A DNA stretch of 64,000 nt from Eledone cirrhosa. Lineage: Eukaryota. The position numbers and the translations under genes are program-made. Shown in pieces: positions 27,522-40,050 of the stretch (its first letter is position 1; each line of letters begins with the position of its first letter). The notes under the pieces are model-generated. The model ran no database searches and was not told where the DNA came from. It worked only from the letters and a program-made list of their open reading frames with translations. The stretch lies in the NCBI GenBank assembly GCA_964016885.1, contig OZ024740.1, positions 242,048,001-242,112,000 on the forward strand. Reading direction: 5' to 3'.

Positions 27522-29321
27522 CTACAAAACTTCCTTATAGACTATATTTTGGGTTTTCTCGCGAGTTGCAAAAGCAAATAGGTTATGTCGGCTCCCCACT
27601 CGAGAGCAGCCAACATATAGTTGACCATGGAAGAAGCATGGTTCTTCTAAATTAAGCCCTACGACCGTCAGCGTCTGACCCTGTGATTTGTTAATCGACA
27701 TGGCGAAACTGAGCCGGAGAGGGAATTGCAGCCTTCTGAATGTGAAAGGAATGTCTTTACCGGATGGAATGAGAGGTATCCTTGGTATGAAGACAGTATC
27801 TCCCTTACCATATCCTGTAAGTGTTGTTGCCTCAATAACATGAGGCATCGCCTTTAGGACGACCAGACGCGTGCCGTTGGAAAGCGTTTGGGGTTCCAAA
27901 TTCTTGAGGAGCATGACAGGGGCACCTTTCTTAAGTCGCAGTAAGTTGGTGGCAATCCGAGAGGGTCTAGGGAGTTTATAAATTCTGTGGGGTAATTAAC
28001 AACTTCGTCCGGATCAGCCATAGAGTCGAGGAACTTGTTGACGTGCAGGTTTCCAGGCAAGCACAGCATGAGCTGTTCATTGATGTTTCCAACTATGTGG
28101 TTTTTCGAAGCCAATATTGCGCGTTCACACAACCACTCTTGATTTGTGTAGTTCTCCTCAAGATTAGGAAAAAACAGACGTCCGTAACTCAGCAATTGAC
28201 TTAACTCATCTGCAAATCCCTGTGAGGTCCGCTGCACCATCTCCGTCGAGTGGGACTTTGCCATCTCCCAATGACAAAATGGCAGCAGCAGAAGCCACTG
28301 ATGTCTCATCACATTGCAGTTGTGCTCTCAGGTTTGTTGTAAGCGTCAGCTTTCTTACATAACGCCAAAGTGGGGAGGCCTTAAGGCATGCACCAACCTC
28401 ATCAGACCGCGTAACTTTTGTGATTACAGGCAGAGTCTGTCGGAAGTCCCCAGATAACAGGAAAGTGACACCTCCCATTGGTACTTGACAGTCCCTGATG
28501 TCTCTGAGTGACCGGTCTAATGCCTCGAGAGCCGCCTTGTGGGCCATTCTGCATTCGACCCAAACAATTAGTAGGCAGCGCTTTAACACCAGCGCTTTTC
28601 CGGAAGACTTGCTTATGTTGCACGTGGGTGTCTGAGATGATACCACGTTGATAGGAAGACTGAAGGCAGAACGGGCCGTCCTGCCCCCAGGCAGCAAAGT
28701 TGTTGCAATGCCGGAAGAAGCCACGGCCAATGCGATTTTCCGTGTTGCCTCACTGCAGCGAGTAAAAGTTTGATTACAAATGTTTTGCCCGTGCCTCCAG
28801 GTACGTCCAGGAAGAATACACCCCCTCCCCGATTACGGATGGAATCAACGACAATGTTGTAGGCTTGTTTTTGATCCATTAGAAGTTTTGATTCATTTTC
28901 TTCAACATACCTTTTGAGTTTGTCGACATCATATGACGTTTCACGTATAATGTCGTTGGGAATGTCAGATGGCGCATCTCGAAGTGTTTGCGGAAGCCCA
29001 TATTTCTCCAAGACATCTCCGCCCATTGAAGCCACTCTGTCTTCAATATCGATCAGAGCTCTGTTATATATAGTGTCTGAAAAGCCGACATCTAAGTCCT
29101 TCATCCTCTCGAGCGCGAGCAGAAGCAGTCGCTGCAGCATCTTTGTTCCGTCGAAGTTCACGCCGACTGTCATCCTCCTCCGCTCTTGCAGCTGCCGTCT
29201 GCACAGCGTTCTGTGAGAGCCTGATCACAGTCGCATTTACATCTTCGGTGAGACGCATTCGCTTAGACCTACTTGCATCATTAGATAATTGACCAATGAG
29301 AGTTCTTTTCTTGTGGGGCAT
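27522..29321 (-). pseudogene. Helitron RepHel pseudogene: N-terminus fused to PIF1-family helicase, Rep domain missing, frameshifted
   Basis: FFLDVPGGTGKTF, VASSGIATTLLPGGRTA, GDFRQTLPV, NGTRL, RLQFPLRLSFAMSINKSQGQT and HGQLYVGCSRV, spread over several frames. Confidence 0.92.
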
Positions 29322-31629
29322 TGTTTTTAGAAAATTAACCAGGGAGAACGATAAATAGTGGAAAAATAACGTTTAAGTAAGCAAATCTAAACACTGATAC
29401 AAATTGTGAAAAAATGTGATAAATCTATGTGGTCTGAGAAGGTGGGTATGTTTTGCAAGATTTTGTGTACCAGTCAAATTTCAGGTTTCAAGTTAGGGAT
29501 AGCGCAGAGTACGGACTACCTGTGATGAAGGAAATTAAATAGTCTGGCTACAGTGGTAGGTATATAAGTGTCAGTATGTTTGTTCAGTTCGAACATAGCA
29601 ATAAGTAAGTACTAACCATTGAAAGGATTCAGGCCAATAATGGCCGAAAATCACATCATAATCTAGAACCTTATGATCATAACACATTAACTAAACCCCC
29701 TTTAAGGTGACAAATGTTGAAGAAGCATACGTTTCAGAAACATGAGGGAGCTTATGAGAGTACGTATGTAAAAAAACCCTACCGCTTGTCAAAAGCCAAA
29801 AAAAAGGTGTGATCCTAGGTCGGACTTGACCGATATAAATAGGAGTGATTTCGCTCAATGAACAACACTCGAATTGTCTAATTGGTTAGATAATACAAAT
29901 AAGTGTGATGAAATCTATTGAACACAGCTCACTGCTACCATAATATGAACTTTAAAAGTGGTCCGAAGGGGCTCACTGCCCCCCCCCCCCCCCTTCCTAG
30001 AGGGTTCCCAAATTTAAGTGATAACGAATGTGTGGTGCTTTATCTTATGGCAGGCAATAACCATTTCGTTTAGTTTTTGTAAGAATCAAGTATAAACTCC
30101 CGAGGTTATGGTGCTTTTTTATTGTGGCAGTAAGAACTTTTATAGGTTAATGAATTGGGCTCATTGTCCCCGAGGGTGTCCTCTTGCTGAATTGAAACGA
30201 AAGTAAATGTGCCTCACTGTATCTTCATCTGTAGTACATGAATAACAACTAAGTCGAAATTCATTTTATTGGACTACCAATTATCGAAGCTATGACTCGT
30301 TGCTGCATTACAATAACCAAATTCAATAAATTACTCGCCGGGGCTTACTGCTCCCTGGGGGTCCCCTTGCTTGTTCCGGTTATAGACAGTGTCTTCAACA
30401 TCATCTTTAGGCAATGGGTAACCAATGTGTCCTGTAAAGTTAAAATTGAACGTAAATTTCAAAAGTTATCAGCTACTAATACAGTGTTAATGTAAACTTC
30501 AATAGATAAGTCGAAGGGGCTTACTGCCCCCCACCCAGGGGTCCCCTTGATAAGTTCAAGTAAAACTTTATGTGTTCACCTACCTTTATAAGCCATGGGT
30601 AACCAAAACGTCTCGCTTCGTGAAAACCAAACACCAACTCAAGCAGTTATGACGTTTTGTTGCATTGATGATATCAACTTTAATATTCATCAAGGGGTCC
30701 CCTACCTGAATTTCTGCGCAGGTGCATGCCTGCAAATTTATTTGTAGGCCATAAGCAAACAAAAGAATAATTTTGGTGAAGATGGGAGGCAAACTGCAGG
30801 TATTCTGGGGCCTTTATGCAGTAGTACTGCTGACTTCAAACGAGAGGCTTAAGGGGGTTATCAGCCCCGGGGCGGCGGGGCACATTCGATGTACGGGAAA
30901 ATAAAATAGCTTACGACCCGTAATAGGACTTCAGAAATCTATGTATTAAATTTGGTGCAAATCCTTTGTAAAATGTAGAAATGCATGCGGTTACACAGAC
31001 AGACAGAGAAACAGTCAGACAGACATCTTCTGTTTTATATATATAGATATTGTATCTTAGTCTTTATATCTTTTTATGAAATCCTGTACCGTTTATCGGC
31101 TGCAATACAATCAGTTATATTTTAATGGTTCCCATCTGAGGAAGTTTAAGGTGCTAAAGGAATGTATCATTAATTTTTAATTCAATTCAATCCATGTAAA
31201 ATTTATCAGGCTGTAATCTATTTTTATTCATTTTTCCCTTTCCTTCCGTATCTATAAGCTGAGAAAGATATTCATTACAGTAACGACTCCTGTATACAAC
31301 TACTTGCAATAAAATATTTGGTATAAAAACATTTTACTGGAAAATTAAAAGCTTGCAATAAAATTTATCTTCCTTATCTCCTATTATTTTCATTCGTGGG
31401 AGCATAACCTAAAGATTTACTAACATTTCCATATGTATATATATACCTAGTACACAGAATACTCTCAGTCGCTATTAACTAAGCGCTTCACCACCTCTGT
31501 TTTATTCTCTCCGCCCACTCTCTATCCCATATATATCTATCTATAGTAATGATAAATGTGAAGACTAAAATCCGTTAAGGGTGAAAGCAGCGACTCTTTG
31601 CTTAAACTTTAATCTGTTCTTGTAATAAA

Positions 31630-31712
<83 letters not shown>

Positions 31713-31716
<4 letters not shown>

Positions 31717-32422
31717 ATGAGAAGAAAGAAGAATACTGCGTGGTTGCACATGGGTTACAGATGATAAAAATAGTCCTTCGTCCAACCATCATTGGTATTT
31801 CATCGCATTAAAAATCATATACCTCAAGTTGGTGCGAGCAATAACTAAAAAAAGTTATTGGGGCCAGTAAATCGCGTAAAGCGAGGGGGACAAGTAAGCA
31901 ACATAGAAGGATAAAAGCAAACCGAAGATAGGAAAAAAAACAAGCAACATGGTTGTCCGGGCAGCATAAGCTGGGTGGATTTCATGAGCGAAAGGAACAG
32001 ACCGTCCGATGTGAGTGATATGTAAGCAAGAAGAGACCCACTGTAAGCCAAACGGGAGGAAGTGAGGAGGGGAGAAACAGAGAGTGAGTGAGTGGAAGTG
32101 CGAGGAAGCGGTCAGTCGAGAGAAAGTGTAACTGACAGAGGGGGCGAAAGAAGGTGAGAGAAACAGAGAGAACGGGGAAGCAGTAAGAGAGAAACAGACA
32201 AACGCAGCCGAGGTAAATATATATAAAAAACATGAGAAGAAAGAAGAATACTGCGTGGTTGCACATGGGTTACATATGATAAAAATAGTCCTTCGTCAGT
32301 GATTTGCCAACCATCATTGGTATTTCATCGCATTAAAAATCATATACCTCAGGTTGGTACGAGCAATAACTAAAAAAAGACAGACGGGGCGAAAGAAGGT
32401 GAGAGAAACAGAGAGAACGGGA
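31713..32422. repeat. ~515-bp-period partial tandem repeat between (TA)n tracts
   Basis: 31716-31852 recurs at 32231-32378; 32133-32175 recurs at 32379-32422. Confidence 0.75.
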
Positions 32423-32466
32423 TATATATATATATATAAAAGAATACGGCTGAATACAATAAATAA

Positions 32467-32705
32467 AATCTGAGTTTTTCGAATATTAATATTAACATTC
32501 GATTGATTTGCAATTAGGCAAACAAGCCTCAATTTTATAGCCATGTCAGTAGAATGAACACTTCATTCTTGCTCCTGTGTTGGCATGCGAACACACAAGA
32601 GCAAGAATGAAGTGCTCATTCTACTGACATGGCTATAAAATGAAGCTTGTTTGCCTAATTGCAAATCAATCGAATGTTAATATTAATATTCGAAAAACTC
32701 AGATT
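32467..32705. repeat. ~240-bp palindrome centred on GCATGC (~32586)
   Basis: Arms AATCTGAGTTTTTCGAAT...ATTCGAAAAACTCAGATT with a few mismatches. Confidence 0.9.
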
Positions 32706-32721
32706 AGATTTATTATATATA

Positions 32722-32834
32722 GTTCAAATCCCGCCGAGGTTAACTTTGCCTTTCATCCTTACGGGGTCGATAAAATAAAGTACCAGTAATGTACTGGTTA
32801 ATTGCTGGCCTTGTGCCTAAAGTAGAAACAATTA
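32722..32834 (+). mobile_element. SINE family 1, 3' half
   Basis: B box through tail. Confidence 0.8.
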
Positions 32835-32877
32835 TATATATATATATATATATATGTATATGTATATGTATATATAT

Positions 32878-33075
32878 GAAGGCGCATAGCTTAGTGGTTA
32901 GAGCATTGGGCTTGCAATCGAAAGGTTGTGAGTTCAATTCTAGGACCGGGTGATGTGTTGTTTCCTTGAGCAAGACACTTTATTTCACGTTGCTCCAGTT
33001 TACTCAGCTGTAGAAATGAGTACCGGCCTGCCCGCCCAGCCAGTGGGATGGCGTTATCTTATGGCTAAAACAGCC
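32878..33075 (+). mobile_element. SINE family 2 (CORE-like)
   Basis: TAGCTTAGTGG, GTTCAATTCT, CCTTGAGCAAGACACTT..CTCAGCTGTAGAAATGAG. Confidence 0.8.
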
Positions 33076-33080
33076 GTAGG

Positions 33081-33495
33081 TATCAGCCGTACTAAGAGTG
33101 AGAAATGAAATTTCGTTCTTTTTCATTTATCGTTTTCGGGATGCCCGGCCGACTAACTCACTCGATATGCAAATTAGGCTGCTCATCCGTTAATATGCAT
33201 AAGGAAAGTATATACTTTCAGACGTTCAATCATCTGACAGAAAGGTATACGATGCTGACGATAGCTAATAAGCTTGAAACTAGTACATCGTTCCTGTGTC
33301 AGTGATGAACAAAAGGGCGACGATGGTTGCCGAGCACTGTACGGCATAATTCCGGCTGTTTGTTGACAAACAAACCTAATATTATAATAAATGTTCGGTA
33401 AACCCATACGTACATATATATATATATATGTGCATGTATGTATATATATATATACATACTGCGTCTGTACACATATATGCACGTACGTATACATA
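33081..33495 (+). mobile_element. HHR-bearing family B monomer
   Basis: Homologous to the reverse complement of 7800-8310. Confidence 0.75.
33249..33291 (+). ncRNA. Minimal type I hammerhead ribozyme
   Basis: acgatg-CTGACGA-t agct aata agct t-GAAA-c ta-GTA-catcgt. Confidence 0.78.
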
Positions 33496-33519
33496 CTTAT
33501 ATATATATATATATATAAT

Positions 33520-33957
33520 TGGATATATAAGTATGAGACGCTCTAGATGCTGCGAGATGTGCGTTTATATCAGTATATCTTTCAGTGTTTTTAGATCCTT
33601 TGAAGTGAAAGGTACGAATTTTCCTGGATACCCGCAGATGAGCACAGGAATTCTGGCTTTCACTTAATAATTCTTGCGAAACAGATTTGGTCTGTCTGGG
33701 TATCAAAGGCTATTGCCCGATATAGGTTTGTTATTTTTATTGATTTATTACTTTAAATCTTGTCAGGCAAACCATATTGTTTTAAATTAGTATTTTTTCA
33801 ACCTAGCTAACTTGGTCATTTGCAATTGGAACACATGTATACTTGTATCAGTGTTCATCCCTCTCATATATTCAATTATATGACACGGCTCGGAAAGATT
33901 CCCTTCTTTGAGCTATTTAATTGTAAAAGACTATTTTGAGTTTATAACTCAATCTGA
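33520..33957 (+). mobile_element. HHR-bearing family C copy
   Basis: Between (TA)n tracts; 3' end homologous to 8880-8952 (minus). Confidence 0.7.
33627..33704 (+). ncRNA. Type I hammerhead with a U4A core substitution
   Basis: gatacccg-CAGATGA-gc..aggaatt..aattctt gc-GAAA-caga tttgg tct-GTC-tgggtatc. Confidence 0.7.
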
Positions 33958-34407
33958 TATATATATATATAAGTTAAAACAGAAAACAGAAAACAATAAC
34001 GAAGAGTGCAGTACAAAGTGTTAGTTTGAAAGTGTGTGTGTGTTGGGGGGGGGGGGGTAAATCGGACGCACAACCTCGCGAATGCAAGCCCAACGCTCTA
34101 ACCACTAAGCATTGTGCCTTCACTCATACATACAAACATATGCATCCATTCATCTATGGGGAATGAACTCTTGATGTCGTAGGGTCACTATCGTGACAAA
34201 CGGTATGGCATGGTCGTTTAATCCTAGCGGAACTCACAACTATCCTTGTCTGAGCTATCAAAACTGAAGTTGAACTCGGCGGTTTTGAACTTAGAGACCT
34301 GGTACAATTACACAAAGCTTTCTACGAAACGTTCTAACGTCTCTGCTAATTAGTCGACTTTATATACATACACTCATTATTATTGGCAAAATATTATTGA
34401 CAAAAAA

Positions 34408-35200
34408 GGGTGGTGGATTGGCAGTATCGGTAGAGGGTCGGACGCCATGCTTTCCAGCATAGTTACGTCCCTTTATGATCTGAGTTCAAATCCCGCCGAG
34501 GTTGACTTTGCCTTTCATCCTTACGGGGTCGATAAAATAAAGTACCAGTAATGCACTGGGTAATTGCTGGCCTTGTGCCTAAAGTAGAAACAATTATTAT
34601 TGGCAATATCAGTGGAGGGTCGGATACCATGCTTTGTAGCATAGAGTTACGCCCCTTTACGGACTGGGTTCAAATCCTGCCGAGATTAATTTTGCCTTTC
34701 ATCCTTACGCAGTCGATAAAGTAAAGTACCAGTCACGCACTGGGGTCGATTTAATCGACCTTCCCCTCCCTCAAAATTGCTGGCCTTGTGCCTATATAAG
34801 AAACCATTATTGGCAATATCGGTGGAGGGTCAGACACCATGCTTTGTAGCATAGAGTTACGCCTCTTTACGGACTGGGTTCAAATCCTGCCGAGATTAAC
34901 TTTGCCTTTAATCCTTACGGAGTCGATAAAGTAAAGTACCAGTCACGCACTGGGGTCGATTTAATCGACCTTCCCCTCCCTCAAAATTGCTGGCCTTGTG
35001 CCTATATAAGAAACCATTATTGGCAATATCGGTGGAGGGTCGGACACCATGCTTTGTAGCATAGAGTTACGCCCCTTTATGGACTGGGTTCAAATCCTGC
35101 CGAGGTTAACTTTGCCTTTCATCCTTACGGGGTCGATAAAATAAAGTACCGGTCACGCACTGGGGTCCATTTAATCGAGTTTTCCCTTTCCCAAAATTAC
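34408..35200 (+). mobile_element. Head-to-tail array of four SINE family 1 copies
   Basis: Units start at ~34408, 34601, 34811 and 35021; the last three have a 210-bp period. Confidence 0.9.
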
Positions 35201-36546
35201 ATGCAATAGGGTCTAGTATTAAAACTACACTAAAGGGCCATATATTCAAATTCAACGAAAAGATCTACACCCAAAATGAGAGAGCAGCCATTGGCGTTAG
35301 CATAGCTGGTGACGTTGCCAACCTTTTTATGGTATGGTGGGAAAGGAGGCTCAAAGATCTCCTTGAGAGCTCCATAGACCTCATCATGTACTCTCGTTAC
35401 GTAGACGATATTAATATAGTAATAAGGACACCCTCACAAGAGAGTATTAACAAATATGATTTAGAATGTAGCACAATGGAAAGCATCCAGCAGATAGCTA
35501 ACTCCATACACCAGAGTATAACTGTAACTATCGACTACCCTTCCAAACACCCTAACAATAGACTACCTGTATTAGACACGAAACTCTGGATTAACACTAT
35601 AGACGAGAGGGACCAAATTCTCCACTCACACTACGCTAAACCCATGGCCTCCAAATACCTGATACTCAAAAACTCAGCAATGTCCAATAGTGCTAAGTTT
35701 AATATTCTGATCGCAGACTTGGTACGAGTGATGAAGAACGTGTCCCGCATGTGCTACCCAACAGAAATGGAAAGACACATCCAACACTTCATCAACCGCA
35801 TGCAGTTCTCTGGCTACAACCAAAGAGACAGAATCATGGTATACAAATGAGCCACGGAGAAGTGTAAGACCCTCATAGAACTGGACATGAAAGGAATTTG
35901 CCCATTATACAGGAGCAAATCATGGAATAGCTTACATAGGACTAAACATAAGATAGGGAAAGCCACCTCATGGTACGACAACCGGAGATACCAGAGTGTC
36001 ATGTTCGTGGCCGCCACCCCTGGAAGGAAATTAGCTAACCAGTGTAGAAAGGCCCTGAGAAAGACCCACTTAAAGATTAAAGTGGTAGAAAAGCCAGAAA
36101 CTACCATAAAATCCCTAATCAACAAAACATACCCTTTTAAGAAAACCCACTGTACTAATAGGAAATATGTTATATGTAAAGTAAACCACCAGATAAACTG
36201 TAAAACTAGAAATGTATCTATAGCATAAGATGTCTAGAGGGTATTTGTAGAAATATGACAACATACATAGGCGAGACAGCCCGAAGCATAGGAGAAATGA
36301 TAGACCAACACCGAGGGGAATTAAAAGGACGAAAAAAACGGTTCAGTACTATACGAACACGCCAGACAACAACATGACTGTAACATAGACCACATAGAAA
36401 TTAAAATAATATCTAAACATAGAAATGATCCAGCAGATAGGCAAATCAGAGAGGCCAGTGAAATATAACTTAGAAGGCCAAAGCTATACAGAAAGAATGA
36501 ATGGAATAACAACAACACCCAAACAAACAATACTGACCTAAGAGAA

Positions 36547-36578
<32 letters not shown>

Positions 36579-37108
36579 AAATATATACACAGGCACAATA
36601 ACAACAAACACATATAAACACACACTAGTAAAGTAAGATAGAATACAATAACCAAAACACAGTCACCCAAACGCGAACACACATACCAAACACTATACAC
36701 ACACGCAAATGCATGCGCAAAGAAGACAAAAATAAATAAATAAATAAATAAATAAACAGATAAAATAAAAATGGCGTAGACATACAATACAACAGGAGGA
36801 TATAATAGTACCACTGATGATCTTGCAGATGTGCAACGAAAGAACTTTGTTAGACTATATATATGTGTTTATATCTATATTATATCTGTATTTTTGACCG
36901 TTGGTCAGTCAATGATAAACATTGAGGACCGAATGAATTAACTATGGAGATATAAAGGATACAGAAGCGAAATCCAACCAAACAGTGAGTTTGTTCTGTT
37001 ATTATTTCTGGCAATATTATTACAATATGACCCTCCCCAAGTATAACAATATTTGTTTCGACACACGATTTCATATAAAAAACCTCGCAAAACAAATTCA
37101 TCGCCATT
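35200..37108 (+). mobile_element. 5'-truncated Penelope-like element (RT C-half, GIY-YIG, pLTR with decayed HHR near 36806-36855)
   Basis: AIGVSIAGDVANLFM, YSRYVDDI, LPVLDTKLWI, CKTRNV, TYIGETARS and RQIREA; stops present. Confidence 0.9.
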
Positions 37109-37109
37109 A

Positions 37110-37293
37110 TGGTGGATTGGCAGTATCGGTAGAGGGTCGGACGCCATGCTTTGCAGCATAGTTACGTCCCTTAACGATCTGAGTTCAAATCCCGCAGAGG
37201 TTGACTTTGCCTTTCATCCTTACGGGGTCGATAAAATAAAGTACCAGTAATGCACTGGAAATTGCTGTCCTTGTGCAAAAAGTAGAAACAATT
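37110..37293 (+). mobile_element. SINE family 1 copy
   Basis: Full consensus match. Confidence 0.85.
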
Positions 37294-37336
37294 ATATATA
37301 TATATATATATATATATAATTGTTTCTACTTTTTGG

Positions 37337-37410
<74 letters not shown>

Positions 37411-37759
37411 ATAATTGTTTATACCGAGAATGTTAAAAAAAACAATTAAATATTTAAAAAAAACACAATTTCTGGTTACTATAACCTAAGGACAGCTATC
37501 AAGTCTCTCACCGGTACTGCTAGACTAAAGAAAGGTTTACTAGGTGGGACGGAATTATAATGAGACCCTTTTAAGAGGTATTAGTAATCAACCGAGTATA
37601 TCTTACGGTGACGGGTCAACAAGTGGGGGGCCAAAATACTAAAGAAACTACCACGAAATAATAATTCAGAGTCCCGAGACTAATACGAAATAAAGGTTTC
37701 TAGTCCAGAATTAGCCGTCGAAACGGCTTGAGCTCAGCCGTCGGGGGGTCCTATTCGTT

Positions 37760-37820
<61 letters not shown>

Positions 37821-38179
37821 TAATATTACTTCGTGTATTCTTACAGTTATTACCATGAATAGAGGAATTTTTAACTACCAAATAATTTGCAAATTGGATG
37901 TTCTACATAATGAGTTTGCCATACACTGATAGATGGTTCAAGGTTTCAAAAGCATTCATTTATTCATCAGGACCATACTTCAACAGCAAGTTCTGATTCC
38001 CTAACCCACGTGCCTTTTTTTTTTTACGTGTTACAGAAGAGACGACGATATCATGTGTATTGCACGTGAAGACAATCGAAATCTCTAGCATAATTTAACA
38101 AGATCGGTTTGTGCGCTTTATATAACTTTCAATATGGAACTCAATCGAACTCATAATTGAAACTGTTAACATAATCAAA

Positions 38180-38413
38180 TAATTGTTTCCACTTTTGGCA
38201 CAAGGCCAGCAATTACCCAGTGCGTGACTGGTACTTTATTTTATCGACCCCGTAACGATGAAAGGCAAAGTTAACCTCGGAGGGATTTGAACTCAGAGCT
38301 CGTATATAAATGATTATTCCACTTTTGGCACCAGGCCAGCAATTACCCAGTGCATTACTGGTACTTTATTTTATCGACCCGTAAGGATGAAAGGCAAAGT
38401 TAACCGCGGCGGG
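38180..38413 (-). mobile_element. Two partial SINE family 1 copies
   Basis: Reverse complement of the SINE 3' half, twice. Confidence 0.8.
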
Positions 38414-39074
38414 ATAAATAATGTCATGAAGCACTACAGATATCACGTGTCTCTGAGTGTTGTATTGAATAGATAGTATGTGATGCATATTCTGTTTGTT
38501 TTTCCTCTCGGTAAACAATCATTTCGGGATGTTATGATATCCATGTTTCGTTTCTTTTATGAATATTTTAGCTTATATATTATCACATTGAGGCTCTCCT
38601 TCAAACATTTGCACAATCAGAACAATACAGCTTGGAGGTCAGTTTCAAACGACTTTATCTGATAAAATATAAACACGTTATTTTATGTATTGAGAAATGT
38701 TTCTCTCTCTGTAATAGAAAAACACAAACTCTTAACAAGCTGCGCCCAATTACACACGCCCACGCACATAAACACACAGGTGCACATACGCGCGCGCGCA
38801 CACACACACAGACCACACACATATATATATATATATATTTAATCTAGAAATAGCTTCTACAGGTCTAGAACTGTTTCATTTATATATTATATGCAAATGT
38901 GCACATGAAAAATGGATATAAACAACAAATAACTACAACAATATATTCTCTTCTCCAGCCACTCTTGGAATTACAATTTCGTACGTTAATTTGTGATTGT
39001 ATTACTATAGACAGGTTGTACAGCGCATAAAAAAATTATACACCGGACAAAGGCGTAAGACAGAAAAGTTGGTG

Positions 39075-39640
39075 AATGTGCGTTTGATTCGTCAAAGTGA
39101 CATTATTGAAAAAATGAGAGGGACAATTCTTTTTAAAAAAAGTTTTATAATGTATATAAAGTATATAAAGTTTCGATGTATTATTAAAATTCATCTTATC
39201 AAATGTTGAGTATTGAAATAAAAAATTAAAAAGAATTAATAAGAGTTAAAAACTAAAAATTAGAGATGTAAAATTAAAATCAAAAGTTTTTGGCTGGAAC
39301 CAAATTTTGAGCAAGAACGATGGGAAAAATCTTACTCCAACATTTGATTTTAATTTTAAATCTTTAATTTTTAGTTTTTAATCCTATTAATTCTTTTTAA
39401 TTTTTTATTTCAATACTCAACATTTGATAAGATGAATTTTAATAATACATCGAAACCGGTAATACTTTATATACTTTATATACTTTATAAAATATATTTT
39501 TAAATGAATTGTCCCTCTCATTTTTTCAATAATGTCATCTTTTCAATAATGTCACTTTGACAAATCAAAGAAAGGATAAAAAAAGTAAAACAGACCCTTA
39601 AATATATTTTCCGTGCTATTTCCAACTTCACCTTTTCTCT
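39075..39640. repeat. Fold-back element, same family as 24298-24933, different spacer
   Basis: Arms ~39084-39285 and ~39342-39568 are inverted. Confidence 0.8.
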
Positions 39641-39938
39641 ATATCCACTGTTTTGTATAGAACCTTACTTCCCTTTTCTAATTTATAATATATATATACA
39701 CACATATATATATATATAAGGGATAACAAAATATCGTTATAGGTAATCCAGTTAAAGGTTATGAATATTTCTTATTATGGATGGTTTTAGCGTACGGCGT
39801 TGTTTGAGTCAACAAGAGGTTTACGTAGATGACGAGTTTATGATTTCACTTGTATTCCTATGTAAGTTTATCTTGGAGTAATAAGATTGAAAAAGTGGAG
39901 AATAACATGGTCAATAATACAAAAAAGGGGATTTATTT

Positions 39939-40050
39939 ACAGTCTAACAATTGTTTCACTGATAAAGATGTCTAAAAATTGCTGAACACTAGAAGCAGTG
40001 CCACTCAATTTTAAATACGATGTTAGCTCGATCAGATCTTCGGAAACTGT
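39939..40050 (-). ncRNA. Type I hammerhead with a U4C substitution and long stem II insert, within an element at ~39718-40115 (family E)
   Basis: acagttt-CCGAAGA-t ctgat(~70 nt)atcag t-GAAA-c aatt-GTT-agactgt. Confidence 0.65.

Larger units (their letters stand above)
26659..31047 (-). mobile_element. Helitron with both termini, internally deleted, decayed Rep/Hel
   Basis: 5' A|TCTATATATATAAAA; 3' GC-rich hairpin-like CCGAGAAACGCCGGG then CTAG|T; no TSD. Confidence 0.9.
25560..31450 (-). mobile_element. Old RTE-like LINE split by the Helitron (RT side 25560-26658, APE side 31048-31450)
   Basis: TGDTPKEWKKEMIIK..RGISLTSIV (RT start); SSDGNH..TDCIAADKRYR (resembles the APE SPDG..IDY motif). 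Confidence 0.65.

Noticed and set aside
37934-37976. Minus-strand CTGATGA...GAAAC hammerhead-like motif
   Set aside because: Stem II barely pairs and there is no proper stem III or NUH site
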